Positions 19,963 to 32,760 are shown, counted from the first letter of the stretch. The stretch: 64,000 nucleotides of DNA from Vulcanimicrobiota bacterium (GCA_963833095.1 CAWHWQ010000008.1:64001-128000), one strand, 5' to 3'. Numbers and translations: made by a program. Notes: generated from the sequence alone by a model not told the origin.

Positions 19963-20593
19963 GAGCATTCCGCGCATCGATCCCTACTGTGCCGTTCGAA
20001 CCGAAGAGCCCTTGGAACGCTTTCTCGAACCAAGCCCATTCATCCAGTCGGATGCGCCCGCGGTCATCGCATGGGTTGCCGATCGCCTCGCGGGCTGTGA
20101 TGACGTCGAAAGCGCTCGCCGTGTCTTCCATTTTGTGCGCGACGAAGTCCATCATTCGTGGGATATTCAAGGAAAGCGCGTAACGCGGACGGCGCTCGAT
20201 GTGCTTGCCTACCGAGAAGGCATTTGTTATGCAAAGAGTCACCTGGCTGCAGCGCTTCTTCGTTGCGTCGGAGTTCCGGCGGGGATCTGCTATCAGCGGC
20301 TGACGTTGATGGACGACGACTCGCAAGGATACGCGGTGCATGCCCTCAATACCGTCTATCTACAAACGCTTGAACGTTGGATACGCTTTGACGCGCGTGG
20401 GAATAAGCCGGGCGTCGATGCGCAGTTCTCGCTAGAGCGCGAACAATTGGCGTTTCCGATTCGCGCCGAGTACGACGAAGTTGACTACCTCGTAAACCTT
20501 GCCGAGCCGCACCCCGCCATTCTCGAAACACTCGTCCAAAACGACGACGCGATGACGATGTACCGCAAGGGTCTACCCGCGGCGCTCGCCTAG
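19961..20593 (+). CDS. Transglutaminase-like protein (start uncertain, 19961 or TTG 20012)
   Basis: GICYAKSHL, HALN, WIRFDARGN triad motifs. Confidence 0.9.
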   Translation: MSIPRIDPYCAVRTEEPLERFLEPSPFIQSDAPAVIAWVADRLAGCDDVESARRVFHFVRDEVHHSWDIQGKRVTRTALDVLAYREGICYAKSHLAAALLRCVGVPAGICYQRLTLMDDDSQGYAVHALNTVYLQTLERWIRFDARGNKPGVDAQFSLEREQLAFPIRAEYDEVDYLVNLAEPHPAILETLVQNDDAMTMYRKGLPAALA

Positions 20594-20599
20594 CGCAGC

Positions 20600-21289
20600 T
20601 TAAATCGGCGGCAGTGTCGCGTGCGGCAACGGCTTGGGCGGGACAAACGTCGAGGCCGGGAGCGCCGGTGGAAAACGATAGTCGCCCCACGCAATGCGCT
20701 CGCGCGCGGGTTTTCCGCTCACGCTGGCTTCGACCGTGACGTAGAACGGCACCCAATACTTATCGGATTTCCCATAGACCAGGCGCCCGTGTCCATGGGC
20801 CGTGCCCGACGTGGTCGTAAAATCGATTTCGCGCGGAAGATACGAATCGCCATCGATTACCAGACCAGTGACGACAAACCCGCTCGCCCCGTCGAGCGGC
20901 GTGAGCTCGTAACGATAGTCGAGATGCGATCCGTCCAACACCGTGCGCAAAAAGATCATCGAGTAGTTATTGCTTCGCGGCGCTAGGCGCACAATCGCAT
21001 AACGATCTTCACGCCGCCCGAAATTCACGATCTTCGGCTTGATCGGAATGCCGTCGACGGCGATTGTCTCGTCGCGCACCTCCAGGCCACTTCGATAAAT
21101 CACGTGACGCTGCTCGATGTCCGTGGTACCGAGCTGCGAGACGCTGTAGCTGAAGATCATTGCCTTAGGCGGCTGAAGGTCGCGCAGCTCGAGCGCATAG
21201 CGCGCAAGCACCAATTGGGAATCCAGCGTCGCCGGCACGGCGCCGATCAACGTCAGGCCCGCAAGCATTGCGACGAGCGAATATTTCAC
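20600..21289 (-). CDS. Exported beta-rich protein, possibly LolA/RseB-like fold
   Basis: Signal peptide; VID..SYLP.EI; DYRF...LP..TF ending. Confidence 0.6.
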   Translation of the reverse strand: MKYSLVAMLAGLTLIGAVPATLDSQLVLARYALELRDLQPPKAMIFSYSVSQLGTTDIEQRHVIYRSGLEVRDETIAVDGIPIKPKIVNFGRREDRYAIVRLAPRSNNYSMIFLRTVLDGSHLDYRYELTPLDGASGFVVTGLVIDGDSYLPREIDFTTTSGTAHGHGRLVYGKSDKYWVPFYVTVEASVSGKPARERIAWGDYRFPPALPASTFVPPKPLPHATLPPI

Positions 21290-21296
21290 GCGCGTG

Positions 21297-23922
21297 TTAC
21301 GAACTCAACACGGCGTCACGAATCGCTTGCACCGCAGCCGGGGCGCCCGCGGTATTCTTTCCACCGCCTTGCGCTTGCGTCGCAGCCCCGCCGCCTTTGC
21401 CACCGACCAGCGGTGCGGCCAGCTTAACTAAATTGCCGGCGTGGACGCCGGCCTTGACCAAATCGTCGCTGGCGGACACGAGTAGGCTCACCGCGCCATC
21501 ATCGACGCCGGCAAGCGCGATGACGCCGCTTGGGAGGCGGCTGCGCAGCGCGCTCGAGAGATGACGAATCGCTTCGGCGTTAGCTTCCTGCACGACCGCG
21601 CCAACGAATGTGCGCTCGCCTTTGCGCTCGGCGCGCTCGAGATAGCTCTGCGCTTCGAACGCGGCCATCCGCGCCTTCATCTGTCCCACCGCTGTCTGCA
21701 AGTCGCGCATTTCGCGCTGCAGTTTGTTCACACGATCACCCAGTTCTTCGGGCGTGGTCGAAAGCGACGTCGCGAGCTCACTTACCAAGTCCTGTTGATG
21801 GACCACGAACCGCTCCGACGATTGCGAGACGCAGCTCTCGATGCGGCGAATCCCGCTCCCGATCGAGAATTCACTCAAGATCAGAAATAGCCCAAGCTCA
21901 CCGGTCGAATGCGCGTGCGTTCCCCCGCAGAACTCGACCGACGGGCCGGCCTGGAGGACGCGGACCGTCTCACCGTACTTCTCGCCGAACATCCAGATGG
22001 CGCCGCTTTGCTTGGCTTCGTCGATTGGCAGTTCGCGTGTGATCACCGGCGAGTCGTCACGGATCATTTCGTTGACGCGCGCTGCGACGGCGTGCTTCTG
22101 TTCGGGCGAAAGCGCGCCCGCCGGATTGCGGAAATCGAAACGCATCCGATCGATGCCCACCCAGGACCCGGCCTGCGTCACCTCTTCACCGAGGACGTCG
22201 CGCAGCGCGCGCTGCAAGAGGTGCGCCGACGTGTGATGCCGCCGAATCTCGCGCCGCCACCAGTCGTAGACCGCGCCGTGCGCGCGAACCCCGACGGAAA
22301 ATTCGCCGCTCTTCACGACCCCGTGGTGCGCAACCGCCTCGCCTAAGTACTGCGTATCGTCGACGTCGAAGACCGAACCGTCTTGAAGCGTAAGCCGGCC
22401 GCGGTCGCCGATTTGGCCACCTCGTTCGGCATAAAATGGGGTCCGATCGAGGATCATGACGCCGCGCTCGCCCGCACTCAGCGTCTCGACGGGTTTATCA
22501 TCCCGCAAAATCGCGACGACCTCGCCGTCGGCTTCGAGACCACCGTAGCCGGTGAATTCCGAGCGCACCGCCGGCAACTCGGCCAGCGATACCACCGCGC
22601 GCTTCGATTTTGCGTCCGCACGCGCGCGTTGGCGCTGCTCGTTCATTTCCGATTCGAACTCTACCGAGTCGACGGCTACGCCGCCATCGGCTGCGATCTC
22701 GCGCGTGAGTTCGATTGGAAAGCCGAACGTGTCATGCAGCACGAACGCGTCATCGACCCGAAATCAAGCGCGTGCAGTTTTCGTTCGCGTCGGCGATCAG
22801 CCCGTCGAGCATCGCTCATGCCGCGTTCGAGCGTTCGATCGAACGTCGTCTTCCTCAGCACGCAGCGCCTGCACGATCCTCGTGACGTTGTCGCGCAGTT
22901 CGGGATAGCCAGGTGCGAGCGACCTCACGACCGCGGGAACGAGTTCGGTGAGAAAGCCATTCGGATAGCCGAGCAGCTTGCCGTTGCGAATCGCGCGCCG
23001 AATCAAGAAAGCGCAACACGTAGCCGCGATCGGTGTTGGACGGATAGATGCCGTCGTTGATCAGGAACGTCACGGCGCGCGCGTGGTCGGCAATGATATT
23101 CTGCCGCTCGCGCCGCTCCAGCGCGTGCATCGACGTGCTCGCGACCGGCGGCTGCGCTGCGATGATATCGGTGAAGAGATCGGTTTCGTACATCGAGGCG
23201 TTGCCGTTACAGACCGCGAGCATCCGCTCGAGCCCGGCGCCCGTATCGATCGATTTCTTCGGCAAGCTCGGTCAACTTGCCGTCGGCGCCGCGATTGTAT
23301 TGCTGGAAGACGACATTCCAAATCTCGACGTACCGATTGCCTAGATTCGGCCCGGTGTCGTCGGGACCGCTCGCATATGGCTCGCCGGTATCGTAAAAGA
23401 TTTCGGTGCACGGACCGCACGGGCCGGTCGGCGCCCATCGTCCAAAAGTTGTCTTCGTCGAAACGCGTGATCGCGCGAAGCGTCGAGCCCAACCTCGTCG
23501 CTCCAGATCTGCGCTCGCCTCATCGTCGTCGGTGTGCACCGTGACGTACAGACGCAAGGGATCGAGCTTGAGCACGTTGGTGACGAACTCCCACGCAAAC
23601 GCGATCGCTTCGCGCTTGTAATAGTCGCCGAAGCTGAAATTGCCCAGCATCTCGAGGAACGTGCCGTGCCGCCCGGTGCGCCCGACGTTCTCGATGTCGC
23701 TCTTCGCCCCGGCCACGCGCAGACAGCGCTGCACGGTAACCGCGCGCGGCGCGGGCGCGCGGCTGCTCGCCGAGAAACACCGGCACGAACTGCTCCATGC
23801 CGGCGATGGTGAAGAGCGTGGTCGCACATCTCATCGGGGATCAGGCTGGCCGAGGGCATCAACTTGTGCTGCTTGGCGACGAAGAAGTCGATCCAAGCCT
23901 GGCGGAGTTCTTGGCTTTTCAT
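21297..23922 (-). CDS. alaS: Alanine--tRNA ligase (N-terminal half heavily frameshifted)
   Basis: HGTFLEMLGNFSFGDY, GPCGPCTEI, IDTGAGLER, HHTSAHLL, EFCGGTH, GKGGG. Confidence 0.97.
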
Positions 23923-23990
23923 GGGCTCAATGGGGAATGATAGCAGAGAGACCCCCCGCCTCCTACTGACGTTCAATACCCAAAGGGTGC

Positions 23991-24028
23991 GACTTTAGCC
24001 CGCAGAGCTTAGCTCTGAGGATAAAGTC
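23991..24028. terminator. Long hairpin immediately after the sigma factor stop
   Basis: GACTTTA/TAAAGTC outer stem and CAGAGC/GCTCTG inner stem; no clear U-tract. Confidence 0.4.
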
Positions 24029-24825
24029 TACTCTCCTAGCGCACCCCGGAGCTTCTCCAGCGCCTTGGCCTGCAGGCGCGAGACGTGCATCTGCGAGACG
24101 TTGAGACGCTTGGCGATCTCGGTCTGCGAGACCGATTCGTAGAAGCGCAGATAGATGATCACGCGCTCGCGGCCGCGTTAGCACGTGGAAGGCGCGCTCG
24201 AGATTGGCGCGGTCTTCGAGCAATTCGAGGCCGGTATCGGTCACGCCGACGGTGTCGGCAAGCGTCTGCGACTTTTGTCGCCCTCGCCGCATCACTTCGG
24301 AATCGAGCGAGAGCAGGTTGTAGGCCTGCCCGAGCTCCTGCGCTTCGAGAATTTCTTCTTCGCTCGCGCCAAGCTGCGCGGCCAGCTCGGCGACGGTCGG
24401 GACTGCGGCCCAAGCTCGACCGAGAGTTTCTCGCTCGCGCGGTTGACCGCGAGATTGAGTTCTTGCAGGCGGCGCGGTACTTTGACCGCCCAGCCTTTGT
24501 CGCGAAAATAGCGCTTGATCTCGCCGACGATCGTCGGCGTCGCATACGTCGTGAACTCGACGCCGCGATCGCGCTCGAAGCGGTCGATCGCCTTGAGCAA
24601 CCCGACCGTGCCGACTTGCACCAGATCGTCGAGCGGCTCGCCGCGATTTGCGAACTTCATCGCGAGAAAGCGCACGAGGTTCAGGTGGGCGACGACCAAC
24701 TCGTCGCGCAGCGTTCGTACTCGCGTTCGAATACGTTGGTAGCCTTCGTCATGCCGCGCGCGCGCGTGCGCAAAGAGCGCGAATAACTCGCGCGTCCGCT
24801 CACGCGACGCGTCGCTCGTCGCCAC
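24028..24825 (-). CDS. sigB: SigB/SigF/SigG-family sigma factor (frameshifted)
   Basis: RGEPLDDLVQVGTVGLLKAIDRF, YATPTIVGEIKRYFRDKGWAVKVPRRL, SQMHVSRLQ. Confidence 0.85.
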
Positions 24826-25272
24826 TATGGTGCTGCACGTTCGGCCTCGAGCCTCTTGACCATAACCAGTCGCGTTCCATGTTCCGGATGGACGTCGTAG
24901 TCCACCTCGTCCATGAGCGAGCGAATCAGGAAGACACCGAGCCCGACGATGCGCGCTTCGTCATCGAGTTCGCGCGAGCGGATATGCTCGGCGCGTGCGT
25001 GCCGCGACCGTGATCGCGCACGTCGAAGCGCAGTCCACCCCGGCTCGCTTCGCACGTGATCTCGATGTCGGCTCCCATGTGTCATGCTGGATCGCGTGGT
25101 GCACGCCTCCGCGACGGCGAGCTTGATGTCTTCGATCTCATCGATCGAAAAGTTCAGACGGCTCGCAACTGCCGCGACGGACAGACGCGCGAGCGCAACC
25201 CATTCCGCGCGGCACGGGATCCGAAGCTCGACGACATCGACTGTCGTCCGTTGCCGGCATCGGCTGGTTCAC
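24825..25272 (-). CDS. rsbW: Anti-sigma factor kinase RsbW/SpoIIAB family (frameshifted)
   Basis: EIEDIKLAVAEAC; GLGVFLIRSLMDEV. Confidence 0.85.
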
Positions 25273-25613
25273 ACAAGCGCCTTCATCGCGGCGTCTTCAT
25301 TTTCGAAGATGCCGAAGATCTTCACGAGGCCCGTGATGTCGAAAATCTTCTTGATCTGCGGATTCGTGCAGACGAGATTCACCGAGCCGCCGTGTTCGCG
25401 CACGCGCTTGAGTCCGCCGATCAGCACGCCGAGACCGGTCGAATCGATATAGCGGACCTTTTCGAGATTGATGACGAGATTGTAGACGCCGCGATCGATC
25501 AGGTCGCCGATCGCATCTTTCACTTTCGGTGAGGTGTAGACGTCGATCTCTCCGCTGAGTTCGACGACGTAGCAATCGCCCTGCGCTTCGCGCACGTTAA
25601 CTTTGATATCCAA
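25269..25613 (-). CDS. rsbV: Anti-anti-sigma factor (STAS)
   Basis: GEIDVYTSPK; YIDSTGLGVL phospho-site; GAGG SD before TTG. Confidence 0.92.
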   Translation of the reverse strand: MDIKVNVREAQGDCYVVELSGEIDVYTSPKVKDAIGDLIDRGVYNLVINLEKVRYIDSTGLGVLIGGLKRVREHGGSVNLVCTNPQIKKIFDITGLVKIFGIFENEDAAMKALV

Positions 25614-25629
25614 CGTCGTCCTCGCTTCC

Positions 25630-25939
25630 ATTGAGTTCGTTGCGTTCCTGCCGCGTCACCCATCGGTGACGCGCGTCGATATCGTGCGCGCGTCGACGAT
25701 CGTGCGACCGCGTTCGTACAGATCGGTCGCACTGGCTTGCCACTGCGTGGTCGCGTCGCTCGAACCTGCCACGTAGATCGCCGCGAGGCGTCCATCGCCA
25801 GGTTACCGGCTTCGCTGGCTTTCCCAACCAAGAGATCGCGCGTTTCTTCCTGGGTCAGCAGCACCGCGACCGCAGCCGCCGCGATCGCGCCAAGGACGAA
25901 TCCGGCGAAGAAGCCGCCGCCGCTGTTCTCGTTACTCAT
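25630..25939 (-). CDS. YtxH-like protein (frameshifted, end approximate)
   Basis: GGGFFAGFVLGAIAAAAVAVLL N-terminus. Confidence 0.7.
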
Positions 25940-25952
25940 GCCTTGCCATTCC

Positions 25953-26360
25953 TTACGTCCCGTCGCTGGAGTGTTCTTCCCGTCACGATGCGCCGCAAAC
26001 CAGCGCTGACACCCCGTAATCGTCGCGCCGATGTTGACGATCGCCGGCGCAGAGCGCTCCTTGATCTGGTCAGCGGTGTCAGAAACCGAGGCCGGCAATC
26101 CCCTCGAGCGACCCGACGACGCCACGCAAGCGCGCGAGCGTCTGGTCGGCAGTGTCGGCGATACCGCCGACGTGATCCAGGGTCTCGCCGACGGGCGACC
26201 GAGATTCTCGATCTGTCCGTCGATCACGGTCAGCGTCAGATCGACGCGCCCGAGCGTGCGCGCGAGCGCAATGCCGGCGATGAACGCGCCGACGCCCACG
26301 AGCAATACGCCGAGACCAACACCGATCGTCCAAGCACGTCCGATGTTCCACGTCTACCAA
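25953..26360 (-). CDS. DUF948/YtxG/YoxC-like protein (frameshifted)
   Basis: N-terminal TM then LGRVDLTLTVIDGQI coiled coil; directly precedes the YtxH-like gene. Confidence 0.6.
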
Positions 26361-26388
26361 TGCACCCTTCACGATGCCGTCTCCCCCT

Positions 26389-27530
26389 TCACGATTCGGC
26401 GGTGATACGACGGGAGCGAGTTCCAGAACCCGATCGATCTCTTCCTCGGTCGTCGCTCCTCCCAGCGAAAACCGGATCGACGCCTGGTGCCAGCGCGGAT
26501 CGATGTCGCAGTGCCGCGATGACGTGGCTGGGCTCGAGGGCACCCGAGGTGCACGCGCTTCCGGCCGAAACCGCGATGCCCTCCAGATCAAGCGCATCAA
26601 CAGTGCTTCGGAATCGAGCGCCCGCAAACGAAACGTTGCTGTTGTTCGGCAAGCGCGGCGCGCCCGCGCCGTTGACGCGAACGTCCGGCATGCGCGCGGA
26701 TGCCCGCCTCCAGGCGGTCGCGCAAGCGGCCGACGCGCTCAGCGCGCTGCGCTCGTTCCCGCAACGGCGAGCTCGAGCGCCGCAGCCAGCCGACGATGCC
26801 GGCGACGTTTTCGGTCCCCGAGCGCCGCCCGAACTCTTGGCCGCCGCCGTGCACGATCGGCTGCGAGCAGCGACGCCGTCGCGAACGTAGAGCACGCCGA
26901 CGCCCTTGGGCCCGTAGAATTTGTGCGCCGAGAGCGAAAGCAGATCGACACCAAGCGACGCGACGTCGAGCGGCAACCAGGCCCGGGCGCCTGAACGGCA
27001 TCGGTGTGAAACAGCACGCCGCGTTCGTGCGCGACAGCCGCGAGCTCGCGCGATCGGTGAAGACGTCCCGATCTCGTTGTTCGCGTACATGACCGAGCGA
27101 GCACCGTGTCGTCGCGCAACGCGCCGCAAACGCGATCGGATCGACCAGTCCGCCGCGTCGTCGACCGGCAGCAGCGCGACCTCGAAGCCCTCGTCGCGCA
27201 GCGCGTCGAGCGCGTGCAGGACGGCGTGATGTTCGATCGCCGTCGAGACGATGTGCCGGCCCCGGCCGGGCAGGCTCGCGCGACGCCCAAGAATCGCCAG
27301 GTTGTCGGATTCGGTGCCGCTCCCGGTGAACGTGATCTCTTTGCGGCTAACGCCGAGCGCTGGCGCGACGCGGTCGCGCGCATCGTCGAGCCGGCGCGCG
27401 CGCGCCGCCCTTCGGCGTGGAGCGAGCTCGGATTGTAGCGCCGCCTCGACGCAGTACGGCAGCATCGCGTCGAGCGACATCCGCGGCGCAGCGGCGTCGT
27501 CGCGGCATGATCGAGATAGATGCGCTTTTT
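26389..27530 (-). CDS. iscS: Cysteine desulfurase IscS/NifS (heavily frameshifted)
   Basis: [28 protein letters not shown]. Confidence 0.92.
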
Positions 27531-27536
27531 CGTCCG

Positions 27537-27571
27537 GTTCTCAGATCGTTCTCAGAGCCCCGTCGTACGAT
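27537..27571 (+). promoter_or_regulatory. Tandem response-regulator box plus -10
   Basis: GTTCTCAGA x2 at 11-bp period (TCTCAG-N5-TCTCAG), 10 nt, then TACGAT. Confidence 0.65.
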
Positions 27572-27578
27572 CGATGTC

Positions 27579-27657
27579 GTGTGCGAAGCTCCAACGCACA
27601 CTCCGAGAAGTAGCAACGGGAAACGGCGGTCCGAGAGTCACTCGGGCCGTCATTTTT
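27579..27657 (+). ncRNA. Candidate small regulatory RNA
   Basis: Promoter upstream, 5' hairpin GTGTGCG/CGCACAC, intrinsic terminator; both flanking genes are on the minus strand. Confidence 0.6.
27624..27657 (+). terminator. Intrinsic terminator
   Basis: GGCGGTCCGAG-AGTCA-CTCGGGCCGTC-ATTTTT. Confidence 0.75.
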
Positions 27658-27670
27658 GTATCGTCCGCGC

Positions 27671-28945
27671 TCACGCGGCATCGTTCTCGCCCGGCTCGTA
27701 GTAACGCCGCCCGCGCACGTTCTCGGGCAAGTTGTCCTGATCGCGTCGTAGTCGTCGTGCGCGTAGTGATAGTCGCGTCCGTACCCGAGCCGCTTCATCA
27801 AGCCGCGTCGGCGCGTTGCGAAGGTGCAGCGGCACCGGATCGTTGCGCGTTTCGCTGCACGTCGCGCATCGCGCGCCGAATAGGCGCGCCCGACGCTGTT
27901 GCTCTTCGGCGCGCGTCGCGAGATAGAGCGTCGCGTGCGCGAGCGGATAGAAGCCTTCGGGCATGCCGATGAAGTGCACCGCTTGCTGCGCGGCGACCGC
28001 GACCTGCAGCCCGCTGCGAATCGGCAAGGCCGACGTCTTCCGACGCAAGAATCACAGCCGGCGCGCGATAAAGAGCGGATCTTCGCCGCCGTCGATCATG
28101 CGCGCGAGCCAATAGATCGCGGCGTCCGGATCGCTCGCCGCGAATCGACTTGATGAACGCGCTGATGATGTCGTAGTGCGCTTCGCCGCCTTTGTCGTAC
28201 GTCGAGCCGCGCTTCTGCATCGCCTCGAGGCGAGCGCGCGGTCGATCGACGCGTTTACGCCGTCGCGCTGCGGCGCGCTGGATGCGGCGAACTCGAGCGC
28301 GTTGAGCGCGGTGCGCGCGTCGCCGTTGGCGCAGGTCCGATCGAGCGTCGCTCGCGCGTCGTCGTCGAGCTCGATCGTCGCGTTGCGCCGAGGCCGCGCT
28401 GCGCGTCGGTGAGCGCGCGATCGACGATCGTTGCGACCTCGTCGTCGGAAATGGCGTGCAGCACGAAGACGCGCGAGCGCGAGAGCAGCGCGGAGTTCAC
28501 TTCGAACGACGGGTTCTCGGTCGTCGCGCCGATCAGCGTGACCGTGCCGTCCTCGACGTACGGCAGAATCGCGTCTTGCTGCGCTTTGTTGAAGCGATGG
28601 ATCTCGTCGATGAAGAGCACGGTGCGTTTGCCGACGCGCGCGGCGCGCTTGCGCTTCGGCGACGACGCGCCGCAGATCCGCGACGCCGGCGCTCACCGCC
28701 GAAAGTCGCTCGAAATGCGCGCCGGTCGAACGGGCGACGACTTCGGCCAGCGTCGTTTTTCCGGTGCCCGGCGGACCCCAGAGAATCATCGACGGGACGC
28801 GATCGCTCTCGATCGCGCGGCGCAGCGCGCGGCCTTGACCGAGCGATCTCGCTCTTGACCGACGAACTCTTCAAGCGTGCGCGGCCGCATGCGCGCTGCG
28901 AGCGGCGCCATCCGGCGACGTCGAAGAGCGACCGTATCGACGCGC
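27671..28945 (-). CDS. rarA: Replication-associated recombination protein RarA/MgsA (frameshifted, start approximate)
   Basis: [56 protein letters not shown]. Confidence 0.93.
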
Positions 28946-28946
28946 C

Positions 28947-29661
28947 TTACGCGGGGCGCTCGGCGACGTCTGCGGTGCCGCCCGTCTTGTGCGTGCAGCG
29001 GATTTGGGAATATGGATCGGGCGCGGTGTCGCGACGTGCTGATTGACTGCGCTTGGGAATTGCATAACGACGTCGCCCTCGGCGTGCGCTTGACCCGATA
29101 ATCGTGTTGTACAACACGTGGTTGGCGACCATGTTGCGCTCGCCTTGAACGATCTTCACGTTGCCGGTTAAATCCAAATCGTGCGTGGTGTCGTTGAGCA
29201 TGCCGTTGTCCGCATCCACCGTGGTATCGGCTTGGACGTAATGGACGTTGCCGGTGGCGGTGTAGATTTTGCCCATGCCGTCGATGTGCACCTGATCGGC
29301 CGTAAGCGTTGAAGGTCCGCGCGACTTTGCGGGCTTTGTGCTCGAAAGGCCGGCAAAGTTGCCTTCGGTATCGTGCATCACGACGTGGCCGTAAAGCGTT
29401 GCAGCTTTTGATTTATAGTTGCCGCTCGCGCGATCGGCAGTGATATCGCCGCCGCCGCGCGTCATCGTCAGCTGTTGCGGTGTGCTAAAGTCTCCCGACT
29501 TGAAGTTCACGTCGAGCAACGCTGCATGCACGGTCCACACGCCCACTTGGAAGGTGTCCGGGCCGGAGGGGCTTGGGTGCGCGGCTAGGACTTAGGGTCG
29601 GACTGGGCGTCGCCGCAATCAAGGCGGCCGCAACGATGAGCGCAATCGCAAAACGGCTCAT
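28947..29661 (-). CDS. LptA/OstA-like exported protein (frameshifted)
   Basis: Signal peptide; jellyroll repeats ITADRA, LTADQV...YTATGNVHYVQ, LTGNVKIVQ. Confidence 0.75.
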
Positions 29662-30277
29662 GATTGCAAGCGCACCTTCACACTGGGGCGCTCGATCGGC
29701 CCGAGGAGTTCGGCGAGACGTTCATAGCTCACCGCGCCTTCGCGTACGAGTCGGGCATGTCGGCTAGTTAGATCCACGATGGTTGATTCGCGGTCGTAGC
29801 GCGCCGGTCCATTCTCGATCGTGAGATCTGCCGGCGCTATCGTCGTCGCATCCGGAACGGTCGCAGCGGCAAGGGGCCCAGAGCGCTCCAAGATTGCGCG
29901 CGCGAGCGGCTCGTCGGGAACGCGTAGCGCGAGCGTCATAGTCCTGCGGTCACCTCGTCGCTCACGAACGCCGGCCGGCGAACGATCAGCGTAACCGGCC
30001 CCGGCAGCAGCCGTTTCGAGGAGAGGATCGCAAGGGGGTTCTGCGGTGCGTATTCCAGGAATTCAGCGGGTGACGCGACCAGCAACGTCAGCGGCTTGTG
30101 ATCCGGACGGGTTTTGAGCCCATATACGCGATCCACGGCCTGGCTGCGATAGGGGTCGCACGCTAGGCAGTAGCCCGTATCGCTTGGAAAGAGAATCGTG
30201 CCGCCTGCAAAAATTGCACGCGTGCACGCTTCGACGATACGCTCGAGCGGCTCGACGCGAGCGTCGAGGGTAGACAT
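29658..30277 (-). CDS. Sua5/TsaC/YciO family protein (frameshift near 29939)
   Basis: FPSDTGY, LKTRPDHKPL, PGPVTLI, STIVDLT. Confidence 0.85.
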
Positions 30278-31300
<1,023 letters not shown>

Positions 31301-32660
31301 TTATCCGGCTGCGGAACTCACGCGCGGATATTCGCGCGTCTCGAAAATACCGGCCGGTTCGACCAGCGGCGTGATGCCGCTGCTGCGCTGCACTTGACCG
31401 CCGAGCGCGGAGAGCAGCTCTTCCAGCCGCTCGTAACCGCGATCGATATATTCCAGGCCGATGATCTCGGTTTCGCCGGCTGCGGCGAGACCCGCGATCA
31501 CGAGGGCCGCGCCGGCGCGAATGTCCGGCGCTTCGACCGGCGCGCCCGAAAGCTGCGCTGCGCCTTTAACGACCGCGGTGTTGCTCTCCATCGAAACTCT
31601 GCACGTCGGCGCCCATGCGCGCGAGTTCGTTGACGTACGAGAAGCGCGCGTTGAAGATCGACTCTTCGACGACGCTCGTTCCCGGCGCGGTCGCAAGAAA
31701 CGCGACCATCTGCGGCTGCAGATCGGTCGGGAAGCCCGGATACGGCGCGGTGAGAATGTCGGTGCCGCCGGTGATCGCCGTCTGCCTTCACGCGAATCCA
31801 ATCGTCGCCGGTACGTGAGATCGACGCCGCACTCTTGCGAGTTTAGCGAGCACGCGCGAGATGCTCGGGATTGCAGCCGGTAACCGTGACGTCGCCGCGC
31901 GTGACGGCGCCGGCGAGCAGCAGCGTTCCGGTGACGATGCGATCGGGAATGATCTCGTATTCGACGCCGTGCAGTTCTTTGACGCCGTCGATCGACGATG
32001 CGTGTCGGTACCGAGACCGGCGATCTTCGCGCCCATCGCGACCAGGAAGTTGGCGAGATCGGTGACTTCGGGTTCCATCGCAGCGTTCTTGATCGTCGTC
32101 GTGCCTTCCGCGAGCACCGCGGCGAGCATCGCGTTCTTCGTCGCGCCGACGCTCGGCATACGAAACTCGATCGTCGCGCCCTGCAAGCGCGTGCGTTTGC
32201 TCTCGGCGATGAGATAGCCGTGCGCGTTGCGCACCTCGCAGCCAAGCGCGACGAAGGCTTGTTCGTGCATGTCGGTCGCGCGCGTGCCGAGCACGCAGCC
32301 GCCGGGCAGCGGAACTTCGGCGCGGCCGAAACGGCCGAGCAGCGGGCCGACGATATCGAACGACGCGGCGAGCTTGCGCACGAGCGCGTACGGCGCGCGA
32401 TACGACGCAACGTTGCTGGAGTCGATCGTGATCGTGTTGTTGCCTTCGTAGCGCAGGCGCGCGCCGAGCGCTTCGAGCAGCGACCACATCACCGAAACGT
32501 CGGTGATGCGCGGCACGCGATGCAGCGTGACTTTGCCTTTGGCGAGCAATGCGGCGGCCATGATCGGCAGCGCGGCGTTTTTCGCGCCGTGCGTAGCGAC
32601 CGAGCCCTCCAGCCTCGCGCCGCCCCGTACCCGCAGCGTCGTCTCCAAACGATCAAGCAT
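31301..32660 (-). CDS. murA: UDP-GlcNAc 1-carboxyvinyltransferase (frameshifted)
   Basis: [18 protein letters not shown] (active-site Cys), [19 protein letters not shown]. Confidence 0.95.
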
Positions 32661-32760
32661 TAGGATCGGTCGTTCGCTGGAAACGTCCAGGAACATGCGT
32701 GAGCAAGCGAAGCGAGCCACGCGGCTTTAACAGGCGAAGCTTCAGCTTTGACCGTAAAGC

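Noticed and set aside
19960..19963. Divergent genes sharing one CATG start (also at 44509-44512)
   Set aside because: Alternative downstream starts (TTG 20012, ATG 44528) are as plausible or more so
23976..23981. GGGTAT SigB-type -10 upstream of alaS
   Set aside because: No matching -35; the extended -10 TGCTATCAT nearer the start explains alaS better
25520..26305. YtxG-YtxH-RsbV read-through ORF
   Set aside because: Produced by frameshifts; separate starts are visible
26365..26395. 11-bp direct repeat CCCTTCACGAT at 20-bp period
   Set aside because: Only two copies, in an error-rich junction; may be chance or a consensus artefact
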